Below are positions 9,302 to 17,328 of a stretch of 27,255 bases of DNA, piece after piece. The first letter of the stretch is position 1; every line of letters starts with the position of its first letter. The translations under genes and the position numbers were made by a program. The stretch is from a virus (taxonomy: Duplodnaviria; Caudoviricetes). The stretch is taken from positions 1 to 27,255 of IMG/VR virus record IMGVR_UViG_3300032312_000844. One strand, written 5' to 3'. Below the pieces are notes generated by a model that saw only the letters and a program-made list of their open reading frames with translations, was not told the DNA's origin and made no database searches.

Positions 9302-9541
9302 ATGAAGAAGTCAGCGATCAAAGATCTATGCTACGGTGGTATGCTAGAACTCTTAAACAATCGCAACTACTACTATCATAGCAGTGTCGGCGGTGCTTAT
9401 AGTCATCTCACAGAAGAAGGCAAAGAAGCTGTAGCAGAGTTTATGAATATGATCGCTTACAAGATGAAAGAAGCAGAGAACGCTGACTTAAATGAACGTG
9501 CTAAACAACAGGTACTTGAGGAGTTAAAAAAATCACAATGA
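9302..9541 (+). CDS. hypothetical phage protein
   Basis: ATG at 9302 immediately after the ligase stop (MKKSAIKDLCYGG...); ATGA overlap with the next gene. Confidence 0.7.
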   Translation: MKKSAIKDLCYGGMLELLNNRNYYYHSSVGGAYSHLTEEGKEAVAEFMNMIAYKMKEAENADLNERAKQQVLEELKKSQ

Positions 9542-10200
9542 CTTCTATCCTATCAAGCATCTTTGATGATTTTAGATTTGTCGAAGGCTTCAACCCGGCT
9601 AAGGATGTGGCTGTTCGCAAATATGCAACAGTTCATATTGACGACCTAGAACCTGTCTCGATTATCGGTCCTGATTCTAAAAACGGTCCTTGGATTGCCG
9701 GAGGTGCTTGCCTTCGTTGGTTTCAGAATCTTCCTGTAGGCGAAAGTGACATTGATGTATTCTGTGCCAATGCTAAACAGGCAGCTAGAGTTATAGAGGA
9801 TATTAAATCGTTTGGTTCCTTTCAAGTCAAATGGGAAAGCGATAATGCTGTTACGCTGACACATCATCGTAAAGATGATTGGACCACTAACTGGACCATA
9901 CAGGTTATTACTCGTAGATACTTTGGCAGTCTTAAAGAGGTTATCAACAGCTTTGATATCACAGTCTGTGAAGTTGGTACAGGAGGCAATGAATGGGAGT
10001 TAGGTCCTATTACTGCTCGCGATATTCGCGAACGCAATCTTCGCTTTAAGATTCCTATGCAGCCAGATGCTCCTAAGAGATTAACCAAATATTGGAGTTA
10101 TGGCTATCGTCCTGTAGAAGGAACTATTGAACAGATTGTATCGTCACCGACTATGCGTTGGACTTTTGATCAACAAGAGGATTATAACAATGCGTTCTGA
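9538..10200 (+). CDS. nucleotidyltransferase (Pol-beta fold, CCA-adding/poly(A) polymerase head-like)
   Basis: WIAGGACL...SDIDVF (GG + DxD) and FDITVC, equivalent to the RDFTIN region. Confidence 0.7.
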   Translation: MTSILSSIFDDFRFVEGFNPAKDVAVRKYATVHIDDLEPVSIIGPDSKNGPWIAGGACLRWFQNLPVGESDIDVFCANAKQAARVIEDIKSFGSFQVKWESDNAVTLTHHRKDDWTTNWTIQVITRRYFGSLKEVINSFDITVCEVGTGGNEWELGPITARDIRERNLRFKIPMQPDAPKRLTKYWSYGYRPVEGTIEQIVSSPTMRWTFDQQEDYNNAF

Positions 10201-10585
10201 ACAAAGTTGGAGTTTGCTTGACCCTAGACCAGTGTTATTGTATCTACCAAATGTAGATGAGTACATTGTTTATTGGAATGGTATTGCTACAACTCATTCT
10301 ATGGCTTTGTGTGCAGCCATGGAACAGAGTGCAGGCATTTGGCCTACTCCAGAAATGAAATCAGCCATGGAACAGAACTATCAAAAGATCTACTACGCAG
10401 GCGGATTTGAAACTAGGGCTTGGGATCTTAAAGTATCCAGCTCTCCGATCTATCCCTATGTCAAAAGGCTGTTGGCAGATCATCTCAAGACTGTGTTAGA
10501 AAATAAAACACCAGCCGAAGTTTTAACTTGGTTCAACTATAACAAAGCAAGACCCGTAGAAAGTAAGCATGTCAAAAACATTTAA
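10190..10585 (+). CDS. hypothetical phage protein
   Basis: ATG at 10190 with GAGGA RBS, overlapping the NTase end. Confidence 0.65.
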   Translation: MRSEQSWSLLDPRPVLLYLPNVDEYIVYWNGIATTHSMALCAAMEQSAGIWPTPEMKSAMEQNYQKIYYAGGFETRAWDLKVSSSPIYPYVKRLLADHLKTVLENKTPAEVLTWFNYNKARPVESKHVKNI

Positions 10586-10603
10586 CCCACAGGAAAAAGT
10601 AAT

Positions 10604-11164
10604 ATGATCACTCTTAAAGATTTTATGGAAACTGTTGACTACCGTATCACTGAGGGCAGTGACTATCAGTGGAACTGTTATGGATCTACAGCCTACTGTC
10701 TAGACAGTTGGAACGGAGAACAGGATGGTCATAGTCTCTCTGTTATTTTTGATACTCGTACTCAAGAAGTCTATGAATCACAGGTTCACGACTACAGAAA
10801 CAATAGAGCCTATCGTTTGACTAATCCTAAATATCAGGCTCTCAGGGACGAAGAAGCAAACTATCGAGGCATTGACAAGGGTGAAGCTTGGGATGACCTT
10901 AAGTATGTAGAACTTGATGTCAAAGAAGACTTCCTAGAAAAGGCTCGTGCCATCGTCAGTGAAGAAGACTACGATACTCGTGTAAGTGTTCCTATTGACT
11001 TCACTGACGAAGAACTACTCAAGTACATGACCTTAGCTCACGAGCGTGATATCACTTTCAATCAGTTGGTAGAACAGGCTCTTGTTGCTGCTGTTGAAGA
11101 TGCTAAGAATGATCCTGAAGGGTTCAAAGAACGTTTTGGTCGATCTAGCTTAGCCAGCGACTGA
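10604..11164 (+). CDS. hypothetical phage protein (acidic; possible ribbon-helix-helix-like C-terminus)
   Basis: 186-aa ORF with AGGA RBS; C-terminal LAHERDITFNQLVEQAL. Confidence 0.75.
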   Translation: MITLKDFMETVDYRITEGSDYQWNCYGSTAYCLDSWNGEQDGHSLSVIFDTRTQEVYESQVHDYRNNRAYRLTNPKYQALRDEEANYRGIDKGEAWDDLKYVELDVKEDFLEKARAIVSEEDYDTRVSVPIDFTDEELLKYMTLAHERDITFNQLVEQALVAAVEDAKNDPEGFKERFGRSSLASD

Positions 11165-11699
11165 CAGCTTGTGTTCCGCTGAGTTCGCAGGCATAGTTCC
11201 ACAGATCTGCGGGATCTACATTAAACAACACATCTGGATGCGGTGCATCGGCTGTTAACCAACTGCTTTCTAGTTGGAATGGTCGATCTCCGCTGAGTTC
11301 CATTTCCAACTGCCCAGGTGACCAACTGGCTAATCCTAAATAGAATCTAGCTCTACGTGGACCACCAGTGTTGCCCAGTTCTGCGAACATGCTGGTCGAA
11401 CTGCTCACTGCCCAGTCATCGTTGACTTCTAGAGTATTGTCACATTCCCAACCCTTGTCGTGTAGCATCCAAAGAGTGGTAGTGGCCACTGGGCCTCCCC
11501 AGAACAAAGGTTGATCTGGATCAAGTTCTCTGCCCAATGGTTTGATCAGTGTATTAACTGTGGTAGTGGTTTCTTTGTTTAGGCACAGTGCCTGAGTACC
11601 GTGTAGGCCATCATAGGTTATTAACAGTACTGACTTTCTAAATCGGGGATCTATCATCCCCGGGGGTGCGATTAGTAGTTCCCCAGGTTTATACAACAT
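11145..11699 (-). CDS. YqgE/AlgH family protein (DUF179)
   Basis: GELLIAPPGMIDPRFRKSVLL, FWGGPV, LGLASWSPGQLEMEL, SWL, LW motifs. Confidence 0.88.
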   Translation of the reverse strand: MLYKPGELLIAPPGMIDPRFRKSVLLITYDGLHGTQALCLNKETTTTVNTLIKPLGRELDPDQPLFWGGPVATTTLWMLHDKGWECDNTLEVNDDWAVSSSTSMFAELGNTGGPRRARFYLGLASWSPGQLEMELSGDRPFQLESSWLTADAPHPDVLFNVDPADLWNYACELSGTQAVSRWLS

Positions 11700-12187
11700 T
11701 AACTCCAGTCTGGTAGTGGGCCGCCGTATTTCTTACCTTTGATCTTCTTACCGCGGACTTTAACTCGTTCAGAACCTACTTTGTGGCTTTTGCCTCCGTC
11801 TCTGGATCTGTATCCTTGGCTCTTGCAGGACGACAGCTGACTTGCTCCCAGAGCGGAATCAGGCTTTCCCGATTGGCACAGCTCTCTTGATGCAGGTTCT
11901 TCTGAAACTTCTTGATCGCCATCACTGAGTCCAAACATCAAGGAATCGTTGATGGGAAAATCTAGATCTAGGAAACGCTCAGGCAGTTCACTGGTCTTGA
12001 TAATGTAGTCCAGTTCTTCATCTGTAGGATGCACTTTGAGCAAGACTTTGGCAGCTTCGTCATGAGCGTCACCGTTTTCCCAAATGTTAACATCGTAGTG
12101 CTCTTGATAAAGATGCGCCACAGCGTCCATGACCTTGTGATAGTCAGTGGTAAAAATGTTTTCGTGTAGTATTTCTTTGATTTTCAT
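11699..12187 (-). CDS. hypothetical phage protein with acidic N-terminus and basic C-terminal tail
   Basis: Start MKIKEIL at 12187 (ATGA overlap with the upstream stop); TAATG coupling to the next gene. Confidence 0.7.
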   Translation of the reverse strand: MKIKEILHENIFTTDYHKVMDAVAHLYQEHYDVNIWENGDAHDEAAKVLLKVHPTDEELDYIIKTSELPERFLDLDFPINDSLMFGLSDGDQEVSEEPASRELCQSGKPDSALGASQLSSCKSQGYRSRDGGKSHKVGSERVKVRGKKIKGKKYGGPLPDWS

Positions 12188-12417
12188 ATTACTTTGGCCA
12201 ATACCATACATGAGGTTACTAACATAGACTTAGTGTCTAGGTCATCTGCTTCTTGGTCTAGTCTGTCCGCACGTACTAGATCCATCATCAGCTCTGCATA
12301 TTCTTCGTCGGAGATAGCTCCTGCTTGATGTTGCCCTGTGATCTCTAGAGCTATCTGAGCACGTTGCTCAGCCCAAGGACGACCACATCTTGCCAACTCT
12401 TGTAACATTTCTATCAT
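12184..12417 (-). CDS. hypothetical phage protein
   Basis: ATG at 12417 overlaps the lipoprotein stop (TAATG). Confidence 0.65.
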   Translation of the reverse strand: MIEMLQELARCGRPWAEQRAQIALEITGQHQAGAISDEEYAELMMDLVRADRLDQEADDLDTKSMLVTSCMVLAKVI

Positions 12418-12809
12418 TACCATCTCCCTAACACTGAACCAGCCATACGCTGACTCTGTTCAATCATTACTCGTTTCTTAAGTTCACAGTAGACCTTTGA
12501 ACCCTGCTGCTCACCAGAACTGCGTTTGAGAAAATCATCGGCTGTGAGCTTCAAGGGCTCTATGAGTTTGATCACATCATGTTGACTGCGACCCTTGCTT
12601 TCTGAATAGAGCTCAAACCACTGTATGTTGTCCGCGATACGTTGGGCCTGTGGCCTATGTGGCTGTGAGCAATCTAACTGCACAATACTCTGTCTTATGT
12701 CTATGGCACGATGACTTTGGTTATCATCCCAAAAACTAGGGATATACTTATAGGCTGTAGAACAACCAGACAAGAATACAGCAACAGTGACAGCAACAAT
12801 AATCTTCAT
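12417..12809 (-). CDS. predicted lipoprotein
   Basis: MK + hydrophobic stretch + LSGC lipobox. Confidence 0.75.
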   Translation of the reverse strand: MKIIVAVTVAVFLSGCSTAYKYIPSFWDDNQSHRAIDIRQSIVQLDCSQPHRPQAQRIADNIQWFELYSESKGRSQHDVIKLIEPLKLTADDFLKRSSGEQQGSKVYCELKKRVMIEQSQRMAGSVLGRW

Positions 12810-12826
12810 AACAGTATTTACACCGA

Positions 12827-13402
12827 TCAGTAGATATTAAAGGGTATGCTCCATCTGGGTCGATCTGTGGTGTTGGGTTCCACACGATGAGTCAACCAAC
12901 TAGGGAATAGTACGATCCTACCATGTTGGGGTTCTATGCGCCACCCTTGACGAAATGGCTGCTGATCCGCAGGGAACATGCGATTCTGCATCAGCACATT
13001 GGGATCACGGAATCTTATGGCACCTTGATCTGGACTAGCTCTGTGATAGTAGGTGCCTGATATGCGGCTGTCTGGGTGTGTGTGATCATACATGAAGTCA
13101 CCCTGATCAAAACGGTTCAACCAGCTTTCTTTAAGGAACAGGGTAGTAGGGTCATAGTTTAGACTATGACAGTAGGCCTTGACAGCTCCGTGTATGGCCT
13201 GCTCCAGAGCTACTAATCTGTACTTGCGTAGATCGTTAGAGCCCTGGAAAGAGAAAGTGGTCTTGACCAAATCGTCCCAGGGCCTGTCCTTGATGTCTAC
13301 ACGATCAAGACAGCGATCCACCTGCTCTGTGATGATCTCTAGTTCTTCGCCCTCTAGGTCTTGAACCCAAAGGGGTGTGCTAAACACAGCTTCTAGGGTC
13401 AA
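12827..13402 (-). CDS. 2OG-Fe(II) oxygenase (TIGR02466-like)
   Basis: ESWLN, HTHPDSRISGTYY, F.DP, LFPSWLTHRVEPN, RWSIPFN; probable TTG start overlapping the upstream TGA. Confidence 0.85.
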   Translation of the reverse strand: MTLEAVFSTPLWVQDLEGEELEIITEQVDRCLDRVDIKDRPWDDLVKTTFSFQGSNDLRKYRLVALEQAIHGAVKAYCHSLNYDPTTLFLKESWLNRFDQGDFMYDHTHPDSRISGTYYHRASPDQGAIRFRDPNVLMQNRMFPADQQPFRQGWRIEPQHGRIVLFPSWLTHRVEPNTTDRPRWSIPFNIY

Positions 13403-13983
13403 AATGCAAACCTTTGATAGCTGCTCATCACGTACTTGGGACGAGCCACTGCTTTGAGTCCTTCGTGCGGCCAAGGCCACATGGGCGGGAATATCAGTAT
13501 TGATCCAGCACGGCTTTCTATTTCTAGATCCTGCTGAGGAAAGCGTGTGCCAGCGTCAGCGTCATTTAAGTAGAACAGGAATCCCAGAAAACGTTCTGCT
13601 GAGTCTCGATGTCCTACATCTGCGTGTATGCGGAACTCATGCTCGCCTGGACGATACTGCTTGACACGGAAGCCTTCAGCGGCCCAGTGTGAGGGCAGCA
13701 TTTCATGTGGATCCCACTGATTGCGATACATGTTGCCTTCTACTTCCATGAGCTTCATGAACTCTGAGCCCACACGTTCCAGCTGATCGGGATCTACCAA
13801 GGGGTTCTCCGGATCTTGCTCAAACTTCAGGGCCAAGAGATCTAGTTCTACTAGACGTCCGGGCACTTCTTTGTGTCGGCTTTCGCACTTGTGAAAAATG
13901 TCTATGAGCTCTAGGCATATTTCTGGGGGTATTACACCGTCTATGACTCTGATCGAGTCTTGGTCTATTCTTACGTTTCTCAT
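13399..13983 (-). CDS. 2OG-Fe(II) oxygenase, prolyl-4-hydroxylase-like
   Basis: HAD...FLFYLNDADAGTRF...FPPMWPWPHEG...KY; GAGGTG RBS. Confidence 0.85.
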   Translation of the reverse strand: MRNVRIDQDSIRVIDGVIPPEICLELIDIFHKCESRHKEVPGRLVELDLLALKFEQDPENPLVDPDQLERVGSEFMKLMEVEGNMYRNQWDPHEMLPSHWAAEGFRVKQYRPGEHEFRIHADVGHRDSAERFLGFLFYLNDADAGTRFPQQDLEIESRAGSILIFPPMWPWPHEGLKAVARPKYVMSSYQRFAF

Positions 13984-14011
13984 TGGGTCACCTCTAGGGT
14001 ATTTACATCAG

Positions 14012-14548
14012 TTAAACATAGTGTAGGTAAGAGCTGAGTATGTATTTTGGCTCTCGCTGTGGTGCCAGTCCTTCATGCGGAAACTGCCACTGCGGGGGAA
14101 ACACTAGACAACGACCCTGACGTGCAGCCACGGTGTGATCAAGGGCGACAAAGCGTGTGCCCGCATCACTGTCATTTAAGTAGAACAGAAACGATAGGAA
14201 ACGACCACTGTTGGCACGACGATCTACATCCACATGCGGGGGAAAGCATTGATTCAGTTCAGGCGCATAGCGTTTGATTCGACTAGTTTCCTGTGCATAA
14301 CTGTCAGGCCACCATTCTCTGCACATCAGATCTAGGCCATACTGTTCTGCTAGTTGATTAACTACTGTGCTGATCTGATCACGTAGCTGTAGCCATTTTC
14401 GAGCCCAGGGTTCACGATCTCGCAGGCTCAGTGCAGTCAGTCGCCCTTCTTCTTCCCAGAGTCTAGGGTTCGATTCAAACACTGAGATCATCTCTGTGCA
14501 GAACTCAGAGGTAAAGGCATGATCATAGGTCTTTAGGTATTGGAGCAT
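14012..14548 (-). CDS. 2OG-Fe(II) oxygenase, prolyl-4-hydroxylase-like (paralog of the neighbour)
   Basis: HVD...FLFYLNDSDAGTRF...FPPQWQFPHEG...KY; ATG at 14548 lies 4 nt after TAAATA. Confidence 0.85.
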   Translation of the reverse strand: MLQYLKTYDHAFTSEFCTEMISVFESNPRLWEEEGRLTALSLRDREPWARKWLQLRDQISTVVNQLAEQYGLDLMCREWWPDSYAQETSRIKRYAPELNQCFPPHVDVDRRANSGRFLSFLFYLNDSDAGTRFVALDHTVAARQGRCLVFPPQWQFPHEGLAPQREPKYILSSYLHYV

Positions 14549-14654
14549 GAGATATTTAATCGAGCCGAAGGCGCCGCGCAATTTTTCTGCCGCGAAGCGG
14601 AGCGCCAGCGATTTTTTGTTCTAGCCATAAATATCGTCATAACAGGAGCGAACC

Positions 14655-14795
14655 ATGTTATTCGAATCATACCTAGTCTTCCTCACACTAGAAGTCCTAG
14701 ACATAGCCATAGCTTACTTAGTGTACTTTAAAGAGCCCAAGACTCAGCCAAAGAAACTCCACGATCCTTGGAAGTTCATAGAAAACAACTATTGA
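14655..14795 (+). CDS. small membrane protein (46 aa)
   Basis: Not in the ORF track. ATAAATA, then AGGAGCGAACC-ATG: MLFESYLVFLTLEVLDIAIAYLVYFKEPKTQPKKLHDPWKFIENNY. Confidence 0.6.
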   Translation: MLFESYLVFLTLEVLDIAIAYLVYFKEPKTQPKKLHDPWKFIENNY

Positions 14796-14797
14796 GA

Positions 14798-15037
14798 TTA
14801 GATATATTCTAGCTGACGCTGACGCACCAGTTCTGGGTACTTTAACACGAAAAATGTGATGTGATCCACGGGCACAAAGAAGTCTATGCAGTCCCCCTTG
14901 ATGCTGATATGACCATTCCAACGCTGTACATCCGCCCATATGACTTCTTCATCTAGGTCAGTGGTCCAAGCATAGTAACGATAGCAGTATAATCTACGTG
15001 GCACACGGTCGTTGAATGGGTTCGCTATAATAGACAT
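14798..15037 (-). CDS. hypothetical phage protein
   Basis: 79-aa ORF overlapping the upstream small gene; AAGG-free but tightly packed. Confidence 0.55.
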   Translation of the reverse strand: MSIIANPFNDRVPRRLYCYRYYAWTTDLDEEVIWADVQRWNGHISIKGDCIDFFVPVDHITFFVLKYPELVRQRQLEYI

Positions 15038-15213
15038 AATAAGGTATAGATCCCGGCATCACAGTCCACTAGCACTATGTAACGATCTTCCCAGTGGGTA
15101 CTAAAGCCGTCTGACGAGTCCGAGAGTATGTGTATAATGCGTATAGAGTGACCTAGATCAATGAAGTCCCACAAGCGATCCAGTTGAGCTATGTTATAGT
15201 CTAGCGTGTACAT
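15025..15213 (-). CDS. hypothetical phage protein
   Basis: 62-aa ORF preceded by TAAATACTGTAT-ATG. Confidence 0.55.
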   Translation of the reverse strand: MYTLDYNIAQLDRLWDFIDLGHSIRIIHILSDSSDGFSTHWEDRYIVLVDCDAGIYTLLCLL

Positions 15214-15300
15214 ATACAGTATTTACAGTTTGGACAGTGAAAAAGGGCATGCGGGCCGCAAGAGGTTTAAATACGTGATGCAGCGTACAAGGATGATCCG

Positions 15301-15570
15301 ATGACTCAGCTCACTGTATACTATCTAGTGCATCGAGACACTGGTGAACGATTACACTACTATAAGAGCCTTGCAGGAGCAAGGATAGCCCAGCACTCGC
15401 GTAATGCTCGTTTGGGCTTTAGAAATAGAGTAGAGCGTGTGAGTATAGGTGATAACTGGGAAGTAGAACGCTACTCACAGGGCAAAGGCATAGTAGACGG
15501 CACTTGGTGTATAGTGGAAGATACTGTAGATATAGAGGATCTCTGCACAGCAGAGGACTTACTAGAGTAA
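15301..15570 (+). CDS. hypothetical phage protein
   Basis: 89-aa ORF with AAGGA RBS and an upstream TTTAAATA. Confidence 0.6.
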   Translation: MTQLTVYYLVHRDTGERLHYYKSLAGARIAQHSRNARLGFRNRVERVSIGDNWEVERYSQGKGIVDGTWCIVEDTVDIEDLCTAEDLLE

Positions 15571-15578
15571 ATAGAATT

Positions 15579-15704
15579 ATGAAGATACAGGATAAAATCA
15601 ATCGTAGAACCACAGTGATAGAACTTAGTGTAGCGGAGTTCTTAGTGCTCATAGCACTGGCAGCGTGGGGCGTTGGCGCGATACTGCAACAGATTGGCTT
15701 GTAA
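15579..15704 (+). CDS. small membrane protein (41 aa)
   Basis: TAAATAGAATT-ATG; MKIQDKINRRTTVIELSVAEFLVLIALAAWGVGAILQQIGL. Confidence 0.5.
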   Translation: MKIQDKINRRTTVIELSVAEFLVLIALAAWGVGAILQQIGL

Positions 15705-15790
15705 AAAACCCTCAGTAAGTGTGATTTACTGACCCCCTGAATGCGTATAGAGGTCTACAACGCAGGTGGTGAGGCTAAAAGGGTGCAGAA

Positions 15791-15830
15791 AAGTGTGGTA
15801 AAGTGTGATAAAGTGTGGATTTGTGTGACC
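15791..15830 (+). repeat. 10-bp tandem repeat, 3-4 copies (AAGTGTGRWW)
   Basis: AAGTGTGGTA AAGTGTGATA AAGTGTGGAT TTGTGTGACC. Confidence 0.8.
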
Positions 15831-15914
15831 ATTTTAGCATAGCCTGTCATACCCCTCAGCCTAGGAAAATTTTTTGCTAAGTTTTCCGCCCTAACACTGC
15901 TCAAACGATTCAAA

Positions 15915-15944
15915 CTCTACCATTCTCTACCATAGTCCCACCAT
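15915..15944 (+). repeat. short ~10-bp-period repeat (CTCTACCAT x2 plus CCCACCAT)
   Basis: ctctaccat t ctctaccat agt cccaccat. Confidence 0.65.
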
Positions 15945-16035
15945 AGAACCAGCGTCTTCAACTGTAAAACTGTCTGTATACAGTGGCCCCGCTGCAGGTA
16001 TCTCTGCTATATACAGTATACACGGAGGAGCGACT

Positions 16036-16182
16036 GTGTTCTTACTACTACTAGCAGCCCTGCTGCCCTTTATACTGATACTCAGCTATGAATCACTAGA
16101 GAGTGAATCATGGCAGACTCGTCGATACTGTCAGATCACTCTAGGCTGCTACTGCGTTGTCCTAGCTGCCCTGGCTATATAG
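16036..16182 (+). CDS. small two-helix membrane protein (48 aa)
   Basis: Not in the ORF track. GGAGGAGCGACT-GTG: MFLLLLAALLPFILILSYESLESESWQTRRYCQITLGCYCVVLAALAI. Confidence 0.55.
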   Translation: MFLLLLAALLPFILILSYESLESESWQTRRYCQITLGCYCVVLAALAI

Positions 16183-16209
16183 GCCCCGCTGCAGGGTCGT
16201 GCGCGATCT

Positions 16210-16401
16210 ATGAAGAATCTACGCACTACTATAGTTGCAGGACAGTGGCACTATAGTGTATATAACTCTAGAGGCGATCTAGCTCTGTGGACCACCAGTC
16301 GACCATTGGCCGAATACTATGCAGGATCTTTTTCTAGACATCCCTCCTCGACAGAGATCGTGGTAGGACGGGTAGTATCAGATCAACCAAAACGCAAGTA
16401 G
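16210..16401 (+). CDS. hypothetical phage protein
   Basis: 63-aa ORF filling the interval between two GGCCCCGCTGC repeats. Confidence 0.5.
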   Translation: MKNLRTTIVAGQWHYSVYNSRGDLALWTTSRPLAEYYAGSFSRHPSSTEIVVGRVVSDQPKRK

Positions 16402-16488
16402 GCCCCGCTGCTAGGGGTTGACGGGCGGGGTGTTCGCATGTATAATATGTGTATGCTTAAGAAACGAGCACTATCTAGGAGCAGAGAA

Positions 16489-16788
16489 ATGACCTTACCA
16501 GATGAACGATATAGGGCTGTACTAGCTGCGGAACGGCTGCTGAAGGATCTCTGTGATCCCAGCACGACGCCAAGGGTTCCCAAGACTGTACGGCAACGTG
16601 CATCAGCTGCGCTGCGTCATTATCCTGGCAGCTATGACATGGAACGTGCTGCCCGTGCAGCTCCCGACGTGTTCATCAAGCAGCTAGACCCCCTATATAA
16701 GATGGTCAAACAACACGATATGCAGCAGCGTATCACGGAAGAAGTAGAAGAAGACCTCCGTGACGCACACTCAAAGGGCCTACTATGA
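16489..16788 (+). CDS. hypothetical phage protein
   Basis: AGGAG RBS before MTLPDERYRAV...TPRVPK.VR..A...LRHYP. Confidence 0.75.
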   Translation: MTLPDERYRAVLAAERLLKDLCDPSTTPRVPKTVRQRASAALRHYPGSYDMERAARAAPDVFIKQLDPLYKMVKQHDMQQRITEEVEEDLRDAHSKGLL

Positions 16789-16991
16789 AACGACCCATGG
16801 AAGCCAAGGATGTATCAGGACAGTGGGACCCCACGGCTGTGCCCATCCCCGCGCCACCCGATTGGGCTAGGCTACGTAGGCTAGCACAGTTAACTGAGAA
16901 TGATCCCGGCTACAACCCTGCTGCGCTGTCACTGGCAGAGATCGATCAGATGGAATCCGAATACCTACAGCAGCAACAGCAGCAGAGTTAA
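16785..16991 (+). CDS. hypothetical phage protein
   Basis: ATGA overlap with the upstream gene; ends just before the tRNA. Confidence 0.55.
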   Translation: MKRPMEAKDVSGQWDPTAVPIPAPPDWARLRRLAQLTENDPGYNPAALSLAEIDQMESEYLQQQQQQS

Positions 16992-16997
16992 CAGAAT

Positions 16998-17074
16998 CTG
17001 CCCTTAGCTCAGCAGGATAGAGCAACGGCCTTCTAAGCCGTAGGTCAGAGGTTCGAATCCTCTAGGGCAGGCCA
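16998..17074 (+). tRNA. trnR: tRNA-Arg (anticodon TCT) with encoded CCA
   Basis: Acceptor CTGCCCT/AGGGCAG, D arm GCTC/GAGC, anticodon arm ACGGC-CTTCTAA-GCCGT, T arm AGAGG-TTCGAAT-CCTCT, G-CCA end. Confidence 0.97.
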
Positions 17075-17090
17075 CACACACTAGCAAGAG

Positions 17091-17237
17091 ATGACGATGA
17101 GACAGAAAAACCCTTTTGACCCCCTGGACGATCTATGGCGTTGGCTGGATCAGCTGTGGCCCCTGCAGCGTTGGGGGTTCTGGCTGTGCTGCTGTGTGGT
17201 CTTGTGGGGCATGCTCATGTGGATCACCAAGCCCTAA
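17091..17237 (+). CDS. small Trp-rich membrane protein (48 aa)
   Basis: Not in the ORF track. MTMRQKNPFDPLDDLWRWLDQLWPLQRWGFWLCCCVVLWGMLMWITKP. Confidence 0.45.
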   Translation: MTMRQKNPFDPLDDLWRWLDQLWPLQRWGFWLCCCVVLWGMLMWITKP

Positions 17238-17328
17238 CAGCACTGCGGTTACTGAGTGAAAGACCCTTGATCTATGCGGGTCTTAGATTTTGGTTGACAC
17301 TTTGGGTTCGTGATCGTACAATACTAGT

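Larger units (their letters stand above)
15985..16412 (+). repeat. dispersed direct repeat GGCCCCGCTGC (15985, 16182, 16401) bounding small ORFs
   Basis: GGCCCCGCTGCAGG at 15985 and 16182; GGCCCCGCTGCTAGG at 16401; partial CCCCGCTGCTA at 24920. Confidence 0.8.

Noticed and set aside
12184-12809. Lipoprotein plus small gene as a spanin pair
   Set aside because: No upstream i-spanin with an N-terminal TM and coiled coil, and no endolysin or holin nearby.
15791-16412. Possible CRISPR array from the repeated motifs
   Set aside because: Repeats are 10-14 bp and either tandem or about 200 bp apart with ORFs between them; there is no 23-50 bp repeat/spacer periodicity and no cas gene.
16968-16988. 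CAG/CAA run encoding poly-Gln
   Set aside because: Only six codons at a C-terminus; no evidence of a functional repeat.
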